Assembly (NCBI RefSeq): GCF_037042905.1
Contig: NC_087262.1
Span: 15,438,001 to 15,502,000, forward strand
Direction: 5' to 3'
DNA from: Lytechinus pictus
Taxonomy: Eukaryota
DNA: 64,000 nucleotides
Position 1 is the first letter of the stretch, and each line of letters starts with the position of its first letter. A program made the position numbers and the translations under genes. The notes beneath the pieces are model-generated. The model saw only the letters and a program-made list of their open reading frames with translations. It was not told the origin of the DNA and did no database searches. Of the stretch, positions 52,048-64,000 are shown piece after piece.

Positions 52048-52635
52048 TTCTAATCGATGATGGTTGCCCAAGTCTAATTTCTAAATCATTCTCTGCGTTA
52101 ATAGCAGGTTGGTTATTAGTCTCCAAGTATTGAGACTTGAAGTTCATCAGTTGAACTTGATCCACACAAGGACTCCACCATTTAGTATCCTAACTAAAGC
52201 CTTTAAATGACACACCTTCTCTCCCCGTCGAACAGATTTTGAAATCTGAAAAAGAAAAATAATGACAATGATATAAAACAAACAAGGCTATAAGGCCGCT
52301 GAAACTCGATGTCGAGTTTCCCGTCGCCCGCCCGTGTTATGAAATTTGGCCCGCGTTTGAAAATCAAATTCTGAAAATAATTCATTATTTTACTATTTTG
52401 ACATAGATCTAGATTCAAAACTGATATAAAACATTTATAGAAGCTTTTCAGTCACACAATTACTTGTATATCTTTTCTTGTGAATGGAATGACGCTGCAT
52501 GCTCAACCATAGTCAAACTCGTTGAATCAACCCAGCCATGGCCATGCAACAATGCGCCCGCGCTCCAGCAAGTATGCAAGATTTACGTGGTCAGTGTTTT
52601 GAACAAATCACGCATGCAACAGCGATAGTACGCAT

Positions 52636-55345
52636 CAGTGTTGTAGTCAAGGCATAAACCTCCCAAGGCCAAGGCCAAGGCCAAGGCTTTAATACCCAAG
52701 GCCAAGGCTTCAATACCCAAGGCTGAGGCCAAGGCATGGAAACCCAAGGCCAAGGCATTTCAAACTTTAATAGGTGAGAGCGAGCGAACTGAGCGAACAA
52801 AAATTTTGACTTTTGTACATGAAAAACAAAAATAATTTCATGGTAGATTTAGACATTAATTTAAAATAATAATATAGTTACCTTTGTACATATAATTATT
52901 ATTTTATTATTAAATTATTATTATAATTTATTATTTTTTTATGTGATTTACATTGCAATAATTATTATTACCACGGTCATCTGATCCTGGCATGCCCGTT
53001 CTCAGCGTATGTCTTTCTCCACTCCCTGGGACAGGGGCGGCAGAACGTATTTTGTTTGGGGGGGGGTCAAAACCAAAAAGGGTACTTATATTTTAAAATT
53101 GGCATTTGGTGCAAACAGATGTTTTCAAAATGAGATTATCAACTACGTGAAGTAGTTGTGTATTTTGTGGAAATTAAGTTGACCAAAGCCTTTTTTGTGA
53201 TTTCTCATTGATAAGACAGATATTTGGATTTATTGGTTTAAAAAAATTCAATTTTGAAGTTGAAAAACTTGATGTTTGGTCAATTACAGGGCTAATCACT
53301 TTTAAAAGGACATCCTTGCGAGATGTTGCCAGCGCGAATCATAAGCAAAAACTTTTTGACATTGAGACATAAAAATCAAATATTCCGGGCTGTTTTTGTA
53401 ATCATGAAAAAGATGTGCATCTAACTAATAATTAAGCACGAGCTGAAATTTTTAATATACTGACAGGTCCGCAAAGTAAGCTGTTAAGGACTGCATTTAG
53501 CATGTTTAGTGACTCATAAATATGATACATAACTCACCGATCAAATAATGCGAGCGCAGAGCGCGAGCTCAAAAATTTGTGATATTCCAACCTGAAAATT
53601 GGATATTCTAAACATTTTTTTGTAAACAGGAACATATTGAGTACCTTACATGTACCTAACAATAATTGATGCAAGTGCAGAACGCGAACCAAAAATTTGT
53701 GATATTCCAACCTGAAAATTCTAAACATTTTTGTAACCATGAATAGGATTAATACTGTACTAAACAATAAATGATGCAAACGCGATCCAAAATTTGGCGA
53801 ATTTCGAACCTAAAATGTATTATAATTTACTATTAAAAAAAAAGGTATTTTATTTTAAAAGGGCACATTTCATTTGGAAAAAAGAGTATTTCCGATTTTG
53901 GAAAAGGGGCATTTTTTCCTACAAGGATTATTTTTTTGGGGGGGGGCAAGAGAGCACAAGTTGAAATTTTCAAATGCTGACCTGAAAATGAGTCACTTTT
54001 AGGACTCGTGTCCGTTTTCATGTTTTTTTCCTGCTCACAACCCTTTTTTAAATTTAAATTTTCATTTCTTGTATCTTCTACACTTATTTTACCTCAAAAA
54101 CCGGAATAAAGAATACTAACAAAATAAAGTTATATTCCCCTTTCTCACCTCTTTACAAATATCAGAACCCCCTCTCCCCCCTCAAAAAAGAGAGAGAAGT
54201 TCCACCACCAAGAATAAATTTAGAAAAGGAAAAAAGGAAAGGTAACCGGTGTGTTGGCTCAGTTGGTAGAGCGTCCGTCTCACAACCGCGAGGTCGGGGG
54301 TTCAAACCCTGGCCGCGTCAGACCAAAAGACGTTTAAAGATGGGAGTTGCTGCTACCCTGTTTGGCGTTCAATAATTAAAGAGATAGAGCCTCGTCGATC
54401 TGGCGCTGCACAGCGGCTGCCGGGCCCACGATCAATTGAGCAAAACAAATTTTAGGAGTATTTCATTTCTGGTGTCTATTTCGAACAATAAAATATGGAT
54501 TAAAGGAGTAAATGTGATATTATTTTCTTAACATATTGTCACAATCTATCACAAAAATTAGCTTTTCTTATAGTAAGAGGGTAAAAAATTTTGCTCGCTC
54601 GCTCACTTCAATTGCTTTCAACTTTTTTTTGGCAGAAATTTTGCTCTATATATATGCCATGCTTGGCCTCTCAAAACTTTTGGTTCATCATGCCATTGAC
54701 ATAACCCATTTGGATATGACAAAATTGAAGATTGTGTTCAAGTTTACCAAATCTTTTCAGAATATCATTAATACTTAATACATTCTTCTTGGCCAAAGGA
54801 AATAATACAATGAAAGTCCTTGTTATTATTCTTTATGAAAATTGTTGTCAAAACTTGCTGTCAGATCTGTCAGAATTATTCCTGTCATCAAATCACTGTA
54901 ATCTTTATCATAATGATTATTACTATCATTAGTCATGATTACAACACGGTACCAATAAATAATGCTCTTTTTCATCATTACTGTTTTCTTTGTCACATAC
55001 ATGAATATGATGATAATTCTTGATGATGGTGATAATCACAATTTATGGCACTGCTAGTACACTTACTACTGCTGACTGGAAGTAATGCCATTAAATATAC
55101 AGAACAATTACAAATATCATAGTAACATTTATAATTACTTATTTAAAAACAAATGAAAGTACCCCAAAAAAAAATGCCTTGAAAAAGCCTTGAAAATGCC
55201 TTGAAATTTCAAGGCTCAAAATCCTCAAGGCCAAGGCCAAGGCCCTCTCAAGGCCAAGGCTTGAATGTTCAAGGCCAAGGCTTTGAAAAAGTAGGCCTTA
55301 AGGCGCCTTAAGGCCAAGGCCGAGCATCAAGGCACTACAACACTG
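52636..55345. mobile_element. Non-autonomous hAT transposon (2.7 kb) with nested repeats
   Basis: TIRs CAGTGTTGTAGT / ACTACAACACTG, exact 8-bp TSD GTACGCAT, subterminal (CCAAGG)n arrays at both ends; no transposase ORF. Confidence 0.88.
54246..54503 (+). mobile_element. tRNA-derived SINE (second family) nested in the hAT element
   Basis: TGGCTCAGTTGGTAGAGC D-arm/A box, GGTTCAAACC B box, followed by a non-tRNA body. Confidence 0.7.
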
Positions 55346-58300
55346 GTACGCATGTACGTACATGTACAGTACGTGTACGGTGCAGGCAGAATCTCGATAT
55401 GATCTGATCGCCAAGCAAGGACACGGCCAAGGCCAATGGCCTAGGATATTTATTGAGTGTATTGCAGAAAATGTCCAAATTAACAAATAAAAGTGCGTTA
55501 AAAGGTTACAAAAGGTCAAACTTTCATCTTCTGGAAAATAATGAATAATGAAATCGGTTCCTCATTATGAGCTGGAAAAAATGGGATGGGAAACTCAACA
55601 TCGAGTTTCATTGGCCTAATCAGTGAATATACTCACCAATCCTCAATTTGGCAAAAATCACACCTAACAGTTCATCAAAACAAGTGGAGCGCCTCTGGCA
55701 GTCTCACCTGCATTACGCAATTCAATATAGCAGCAATGCTGACTTGTACAGAATAATTATTCACAAAAACAACATTCATATGATAATAACATACTATGTT
55801 CATCGACCCTAAACAGGGGGCGCGGAAACGGGGGGCTGGGGCTTCAGCCCCCCTCTTTTTTTCCAAAACCATGTACAAAAACGTAAAAATGACCAAAAAT
55901 CAAAAAATCACCCCAATGTGGAAAAAAAAAGATAGCCCGTTTAAAATTAAAATTATTTCCTACCCTCAGTGCTACCCTGCTCTGTTGATTGGCGAAAATC
56001 ACGAAGCAAATATGAATTCAAATATTCAATAGTGATATCAATTATCATCAACAAAAGAGCTACATGCTAATCTAATTCCATGGATTCCAAGAAAATTAAA
56101 CTCATTTTGCGACATTTAAACAAATTTTACAAGGAAAAAATGAGCAACTGATCCAGCACTCAGCAGGTGCAGCAGGGAAATATTAACAAATTTGACCATC
56201 ACTGACCATCAATATGTCAGTTTGAAACTTTGATCATCATGACTCATGTGATGTCGATGATAATTTGATTTTGATTCAGGGCCATATAAACAATTGTAGG
56301 GATTGATTTTGTACTTTTATTTTTTTTTCCACTCTTATTCAGGAATCATCCCCTTTTTTCTAATAGAACATCCCTCATTTATATTCACCCTTTTCATCCT
56401 AACTTCCTATTCTTCATGTATGGTAGGGGGTCCTAAAGATACGCACAACTCATCGCGCATGCAGTTTTCAATGGCAAATGCGCACTGTGTGTGTGGAACT
56501 GTGACTGCAGAGTGACGAACAATTCCTATTCATTTTTTTTTCAACAGGGTTGCAATAAATCTCTAAATGCAGAGAAAACCATTGGCTGTTTGGAATTTCG
56601 GATTTATATTCACTTTAATTTCATATATCCTATAATATTGTGAACATATTTTAGAAATTGATCGCACAGGAAATACTATTTTTTGCATGATAAATCGAGT
56701 GCGTAGGTTTAGGACCCCTTCTACATCGGGCGGCGAAATCAAGAGGTGTTCGGAAAACACAGCGGGATTTTCGTATTTGTGAGTTCTGTGATATTTTCCT
56801 CTTGGTTAATGATCTTTAGAATATTTGCCACAAATTAGTGAAAGATAATTTTTTCAAATATTGAAATTGGCATAGTTTTTATCGTATGAAAACAAAGTGC
56901 CTAGCTTTAGGTCCCCCCATCATACAGCTCTCTATACACTAACTGCTGTACACTCCTCACACAAGGTTCTTTTGTATTAAATCACTCCACCATCCTTCAT
57001 ACAGCTTTCTTCACTCTCCCTCTCCTTCCACCTCTCTCCTGATTGGTTATGTTACGTTGATGAACGCAAGCTTAGATAATAATTTGCATATAGTTTGAAT
57101 AGTCAATATATATCCTTTGTTTGTATATTTGAATATTCAGTTATACTTTGTTAATTGATTTACATTTATATCTGAATATTGAATATGCCTTAACTAATTT
57201 GCATGGAATGTAACCAAGAATGCAGCAATGCTTTGAGTAATTAAAAACTGGGAGTTGGCCAGTATTAAAGTTCCCAACTTGATAACATGTCTGCTGGGCT
57301 GCCTCTGTGTTAAGAGTACTGGTCTAGCCCTAGGAATGAGAAATGGACAGAGGTTAACCCCGTACTACACAATGTTAACTTATTAACAAGGCCTGCGACT
57401 AGTATCAGACTATATTATTTCAATTAACGTCACAAGTCTTGTCCCTAAATTTCATGATTATGTTTAGACCAAAAGCTTCAGTCTCTGTATTTTGGTTGTT
57501 CCGCTGAACTACGTTGGCTCCACTCATGGGGATTATGGTGAAATGTCAGAATTGTTAAGGAAATCCCCAGAAACGACGGTTATTCCTGTCTAGTCTCTAG
57601 ACTAGAGTCTAGTAGATTTAAGATTATGTTTTGCAATTGAAATATTTCATTAATGTCGAGTATGACTTGACACCTGATCCTGGCCTGTTTGGTCGAGCTA
57701 CAATGTTTTAAACTAACTTAGGATTCAGGAATGGGATATCAATTATAATTAATAATATCATCAAGAAGACAATTTAACGTTACTCGTTAGACAGTACGAC
57801 AATACACCAGACGGTGGACTGTACTGTTTCCAGAAGAAGAAGAAGAAGACAATTGTTTGTCATTAAACTAAAGAAGCTGCAATATTATAGATCTAGGCCT
57901 ACATCTTCATATCATGTTACCTGTAGATGTGAATTCAAATACGGTATATGATTGAAAACAAAAGCTATTATTGGTTTTGATCTTGAAAGTCCTGATGCCT
58001 GGTCCTGAACTTGTCTTGGCCTGGTGGTAGATCTCGCAACACAGACACATAGCGGCGTACTGGATACAGCTACAAATGCAGTTGAAATCACTGGCTTGCT
58101 TGGCGCCCGCGCCCCCGGTGTTTCTCTCTAGCTCTCTGCTATGCTAGCGCTAGCGCTTGCTCGATATCGATATCCTGCGCTGCATGGATCCTTGCTTGTC
58201 TTGGTTCCGACCTCGGCCCACTAAAAACTCGGCCAGATAAGGGCTTGGGGAGCACACCCATGGCCAATGGACCTTGAAAGCGGGGGATTTTCCCAGGGGT

Positions 58301-59019
58301 GCTGCGTCAGTATTATTTTCCATAGGCATCACCCCCTGGAATTCTGGTAGGTGTGTCAAATTAGATAAATGTATATAAAATGACCAACATTTCGTGTTGA
58401 AATCCTTTTTTCTTTTTTCTTTTTTGCTTTAATTGTTTAGACCAAATCGACCTTCATTTTGTAATGAACCCCCCGGGCTCCCCCTTTTTTTAAATATATT
58501 TTTTTACTTGTCAAATTTACTTCATCACCATAGGAGTCGATCCCTGGTTAGCTCCCCAATAATCCGAAAGTGCAAAAATAAAATGAAATTGTAATGTTGC
58601 ACACACACAAATCGGCAAAATATCATATTTGGTTTCTAAATCTATATAGTATAAAACAGTACAGAATTAAATATGATTTCTCGCACACACCGCGGGAAAT
58701 GATTCCATCTCAACGGGAATTTCATGCATAGGCATAAACAAATTCTGCCCATGAATAAACAAGAAAATAGCAAACCCTTTTTCATAGCGGATCCAGTTGT
58801 ATTATAATACCTGTATATGATTAATTCCAACAAACTACGCTTAAATCCCCTTTTCAGGACGGTATATCATAAATTTCGGCTAGCGATTTGTGCGCTCGCA
58901 TTAACGGTGAAAGTGGGGGCAGTTTTCTTTAGAAAAGGGCATATCTGCAGTTGCCTATTGAGCGTGAGAGTGGTGAGGGGGATTGATGTTACATCACACA
59001 AAATTTATAAGAAATCGCG

Positions 59020-59657
59020 AGCGAGCGAAGCGAGTGAGGAAAAGTTTTGACATTTTTATAACGAAAATCCAATTTGTGATATAGATTTTGACTTAAGTAA
59101 TATATTCCAAATATAATATCATATTTCACCCTTCTCTCTTTCCTTTTCTTCGCTTTTAGAAATCATAATATATGTTTTTTATCATATGAAAATTGATAAT
59201 TTTTAACTATGACAAAAACACAAGGGCCGGGAATTACTGTAATTTAAGCCCTCATTGAATGACTAGATGGTCGGGGGGGGGGGGGTGGATGAGGCCTATT
59301 ATGTGGCCGACTGGAATTAGGGTCTTTCAGAAGGAGCGAGCGAGGGAAATTTTTGACATTTTTATAACAAAAATCCAATTTTATGATAGATTTTGACATT
59401 ATATTCAAAATATAATATCATATTTCACCCTCTTCTCTTTCCTTTTCTTATACTTTTCTTTACTTTTAAAAGTCATATCTATTTTTTCTCATATGAAAAT
59501 TGATAATTCTAACTATAAGAATAAAAGCTTAAAAACACAAGGGGAATATCAAGTAAACCCTCAGGTTTCCATATGTTTTCAAAATGACTAAATAAAAAAA
59601 AGGAGGGGGGTGAGGGTATATGTGACAGTGGACGAGGGGCTTTCAGAAGGAGCGAGT
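59020..59657. repeat. ~310-bp tandem duplication upstream of the SR-protein gene
   Basis: TTTTGACATTTTTATAAC.AAAATCCAATT...AAAAACACAAGGG occurs at ~59045-59226 and ~59351-59543; CTTTCAGAAGGAGCGAG at ~59324 and ~59640. Confidence 0.75.
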
Positions 59658-59728
59658 TTGATATCGACACAAGTTTTGGCGGACGAGTTGAACATCTTGC
59701 ATGCAGCGCAGCTATGCAGGAAGCTAAA

Positions 59729-59862
59729 ATGGCACCTCCTCCAGATAGAGCCTTTGGTGGTTATCGACTTTTTGTGGGAGATATTGGAACAAGAGTTGGA
59801 AAGAACGATTTGGAGAGAGAATTCGATCGTTATGGCCCTATTACAGATGTATGGGTAGCGAG
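59729..59862 (+). CDS. Serine/arginine-rich splicing factor (SRSF3/SRSF7/RBP1-like), first coding exon; rest not identified in the window
   Basis: MAPPPDRAFGGYRLFVGDIGTRVGKNDLEREFDRYGPITDVWVAR: RNP-2 and the VWVAR motif preceding NPPGFAFV in this family; AG|GTACGT donor. An alternative in-frame ATG lies at 59714. Confidence 0.85.
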
Positions 59863-60156
59863 GTACGTAATATGTAGTCAAAGTTTAAAGAAATAAGGAC
59901 TGTAAATTGCGCTTTCGCACAGACGAAGCCGAAGCGAAGGCCAACTCTCCTCTGCTAGCTCCAGCCCAGTCGCGACCGCGCCGCGTCTGGGCTGGCCTGG
60001 CTGGCTAGCGTTTGCGCCATGTCAAGAACTGGAGCCTGAAGAGGGTCGTTGAACGCCACTTTGGGAATTGCATAGCCGTGTACGTGTGTGTAGCTAGGAG
60101 GCTCCTAGACCTAGAGAGTAAAAATCATTTACTAACGTATGCTTACTCTCCATGTA

Positions 60157-62150
60157 GGTATGTGACAAAAAAAATGAAAATCATCAAATATCAATAAATT
60201 TGGTATCATTTGATTGAAAGCTCTTATATTCTTAAAAAGACCTTTCAATTCAAATGATACCAAGATCTCTAACTTAGACCCTAATTTTCATCAAAAATTA
60301 TAAAGTTATTCCAGTTTAAGTCATGCAAATTCATCAAAATTTATGGTCATTGTCTTAATGTAAAGTCAATGGAATACAAAACCGATTTTTTTTTTGCCAT
60401 TTTGAACCCAAGTCTTCAATCAACAGGCTCTTACTTCTTTGTTTTTGACAGCCCTTTGAAGTAATTTAGGTATCAATGCCATGGAAAGGTGAAAGAAAGC
60501 TCAATTGATGTGTTATCAACTTATCATGTCACTTTGTAATTTCTCTTCTTAATATGTGTAAAATAATTTCTTCTAATTGATTTTAATTACCTATGCAAAT
60601 AAAGCAAAATAACAATTACTCGCCTCCTTTTTTGCCAAATGAAGGTGATCTCTCTCTCCTGTGTTCTTCCTCCGCTAAGTTTGGAGATCAGCGGCACCGT
60701 TGGAAGGGCCGCAATTCATTGAAGGCTTTAAGTTGCAACCATGAAGAAGTACTGAGTAAGTTTTGACGAGTTGTGTGGAGGTTGCATAAGAAGTATAGAA
60801 TAAGCGTCTGTAATTGGGCTTTTGAGTTGTTACTGATACGCCCAGGAGGTAAAAAAAGGACCGACTCTACAAAAAGAGCAGGACTAGATTCAAAGCATGG
60901 TCCAAACTGCTTGGTGTTGGGATTAGCCTTAACCCGCTGGATAAGGTCCTGTCGGACAGGTGCTAGTGCTGGACAGGTAGCAACCAGATGTTCCACATCC
61001 TCGCAGGCTGACATGCACAGACGACAGCAATCATCAGGTGCTTTGCCAATCTTGGCGAGCCTGGCTTGGGTCAGATAGACTTGGCAAGAGATCTAAGCAC
61101 GGATGGTGATGGCTGACCGCAGACTTGGATTGGCAATGTGCCTAGGGTACAGATCCTTCGCCTTTGGTTTAGGGGTTCTAGTCCATAAGGACAAGGATGT
61201 CTTGTTGGTAAGGGCGTTATGCTGTCTGGCCCCGGACATCACTGCCGACTGAACCATTCGCTTCCATAGATGGTAGTTAGGGGGATTCCTTACAAGTTCA
61301 TCAAGTGGGGGAAGGCTGAGTTGTTGAAGTGCAGCACGCCATTCTTGTACAGATTTGGTGTTGGCACAGATACCATGAAGAAGCATCCTTCGTTCTATCC
61401 TGTCCATGTCGATGCTCAAGATCTGTCCCAGGAGTAGGAGCTTTTCCTGGGTGACCAACAGGCTAATTGGGATTATGTCAGTGAGAAGGTATACTGCTTC
61501 GTCGGCTGATGTTGTTGGTAGACCCAGAATCCGCTTAAATAGGTGAATCTGTGCTCTATCTATGCGATCTATCATGATAGATAATTTATATAATTTAGTT
61601 GACATCAAAACAGCATCATGTAGATAATTTCCTAAATGAATTTGTTTAAAGTACTGTTTTTGTAATTTCTAATGTATTTCTTTGTTTTTTCTTATATAAA
61701 TTACAACTTTTTTACAATTTTTCAACTTTAGTATTGTAGACATGTATGTACGGGGGTCTTTTTTACATATGAAAATTATCATTCCTTTTGTACTTAGTAT
61801 GACCAAGTAAAATACAAGTGTGCTATTTTCTGATGTATTTGATTGTTTCACCAATTCTGTAAATATTCTATAACAATTTGTTATACATGTATAATATGTA
61901 GCTTTTGATTTTAGAGATAATGGACATTTGATTACAATTTTTTTTCAGAGGGATAAGCAGCTGAGTGTAAAATATGTATGTAGCATTTTGTATGCAATTT
62001 ATTACAAGTATCAAGAAGGATAGAAATTAAACTTTAATATATTCTATCAGTTTTCAATGCATTTCTTAGATTTGTATGAACATGTACATACATTGTATGA
62101 CAAAGGCCCTGTTTGAGCTCTCTTTTTAAAGAAAAATAAATAAATTCAGA
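60157..62150 (-). repeat. Interspersed repeat copy B (inverted homologue of 11597-13507), interrupted by a LINE
   Basis: Reverse-complement similarity to copy A on both sides of the 60651-61570 insertion. Confidence 0.8.
60651..61570 (-). mobile_element. 5'-truncated non-LTR retrotransposon (RTE-X-like C-terminus with zinc finger), decayed
   Basis: KRILGLP...AVYLL..IIPI motif, CRLC....EDVEHLVATC CCHC finger, an in-frame stop at ~61093, (GA)n tail; absent from the homologous site at ~13150. Confidence 0.8.
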
Positions 62151-64000
62151 TTCTAGAGTGAAATCACTGCACATAAATGTACATTATCAGTGATAAGCTA
62201 CAATAAAACATGTACAAACTGAAACTAACTGAATAAATGTTTTTTTTTAATAAGTTTTATTCAATTTTCAATGTTTTTCTTTGTTATTGTGCCATAAATT
62301 TCAATGTCACTATATCAGGCCACCATGATATAAAATATGGTTTTGGCTGCCTGAATGGTCCACCACTAAAACAGGTTAGCATGAAGCCGTTTTATGTATT
62401 CAGAAGGGGAAGGGGGGGGGGGTTAAGAGGATAGTCATTATACATTGATGGATTTCTTTAAAACTACTCAAAATTCTCATTTGATAAGAGTATGTGTGCC
62501 GAAAATCTCATTATAATTGGAGCAAATTATATGATTTCCTTGCAAAAAAAGTGTGGCCAGTCATTTTCAGATTAAAAACAAAAAATGGTGACCCATGTCT
62601 GCCATCCAAACACTATCAGGTTATTTGATGTTTAAAGGCTGCAGTTTTAGGCCTTCATAGGAAACAGTGGCAAATTGCCCATTGACTGTGTACAACTGAT
62701 AGCCCAACTCTGCACAGCGATTCAGAGACCGCTGATTGGTCCATCGCGCAGATCACGTCATGACCACATGGTCACCAAAATAATTTATTGAGGTCGTGTT
62801 CAGAAGTATCTATAACGATATCCGGTCACTTTGTCTACATGTATATAAAATGGTCTTGTTTCGTGATCAGATCGCTCAAGTATCGATACAAATTTATCGA
62901 GATTCAGAAATTTCATGTATATTCATGCAATGCTCTGAAACCCTGGAAATCAATTGACTTTGTGCACGTTGTGATAGATTCTACAAACTCTAACAAACAC
63001 GATGCAATATCTAGGTACTTCGTAAGATTTTGACGGAAAAGAAAGAACTAATCAAAATTTGCTTACCTTTGCGGCAACAGAGAAAACAGATCCTCTGAAA
63101 ATACCTTTCATAATTCATATAAAATATAGGAAAGTGAAATTATAGGTTGACTTTGGTACGAAATGATAAATAGAGGATTGCAGACTTGTTTTGATGGAAT
63201 ACTGTGTTGGGCACTGGGAGGCTTCCACTGCGCATGCTTACTATATTTTCATTCATAAATTGACTTGCGGCAGTGGCTGGATGACGTCACGTAATAAGCA
63301 AAGTGTCATTGCCTGCTTGCAGTGAACGCAATGCTATCCGTTCTATACAATTTGCCACCATAAGGAAATGCCCGAACTTCAATATTATTTCATCATTTTG
63401 GCTCAGATTTTTTAAAGAATATCTATCCAGGGCGCGACAAAACCGCTTGCCCGGGGAAAGTGAAAATGACGTGCAGGCAAGCATTTCTCAAAGTCAATTG
63501 CCCGATCAGGCAAGTGGTTGTTTTGAAAATGAAAACGATATTACAGTAAATTTTAATAATTTTTCGATAAATTGCAATTATCGGCAAATTATCTCTCATA
63601 CAAAATGTCATACCAGTAAAAAAACAGTGGAAACATGTCAAATCAGCGCCAATTTACCGACAATTTATCGCCAGCGGTCCCGTTCGATGGGGGCTGCCAT
63701 CTTTCTAAACTATACTGTGCGCATGCGCTACTAATCGACGAAGGAGCTAGCTGGGGAAACCCCTCTCTCGCCCTCTTAGCGCATGCTCTAATACATCGGA
63801 GCTACAGTACATGTACGTACGTACACGAGCGATCACGAGCCAGCCGACTCTCGAGCTAGATCGCGCTGAATGCATGCAAGCTTCGGACTGGCTCGGCCAG
63901 GACTCGGTTTCAACTTCAAACCAAATAAACAATGAGTCGTCAGACTAAAATAGGCGACTTTTGTCGTCGTGATCGGCGACCAAAACAACTTGAACAAGAG

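Noticed and set aside
52591-52800. PWPW-repeat ORF
   Set aside because: Reverse translation of hAT subterminal CCAAGG repeats.
54246-54318. tRNA-Val(CAC)-like sequence
   Set aside because: Acceptor stem pairs poorly, no poly-T terminator, and it continues into a SINE body inside a transposon.
63303-63859. 143-aa and neighbouring ORFs as further SR-protein exons
   Set aside because: No NPPGFAFV/RNP-1 or RS-domain sequence in a splice-compatible frame.

Overview
AT-rich, intron-rich animal genomic DNA. The repeat repertoire looks like an echinoderm or sea urchin (inference). It contains four protein-coding genes, each reconstructed by hand from splice sites and frame continuity. (1) The last five coding exons of PAQR3 (+, 725-4840). 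(2) A complete 15-coding-exon RAP1GDS1/SmgGDS gene (+, 14875-30330, ~615 aa). (3) An ankyrin-repeat DHHC palmitoyltransferase (-, 52047-40860) with a U12-type AT-AC intron and two duplicated, intact, diverged terminal exons, each carrying its own catalytic DHHC motif. (4) The first coding exon of an SRSF3/7/RBP1-like SR protein (+, 59729-59862). Introns and intergenic DNA hold a young 5'-truncated Penelope-like retroelement (RT + GIY-YIG, 13-bp TSD, hammerhead ribozyme), LINE fragments, tRNA-derived SINEs, a probable solo LTR and many MITEs. Most interesting: the swappable DHHC catalytic exons. Also notable: the minor intron, decayed partial exon duplicates in two other genes, a MITE-mediated unequal-crossover scar and a reciprocal filled/empty-site repeat pair.
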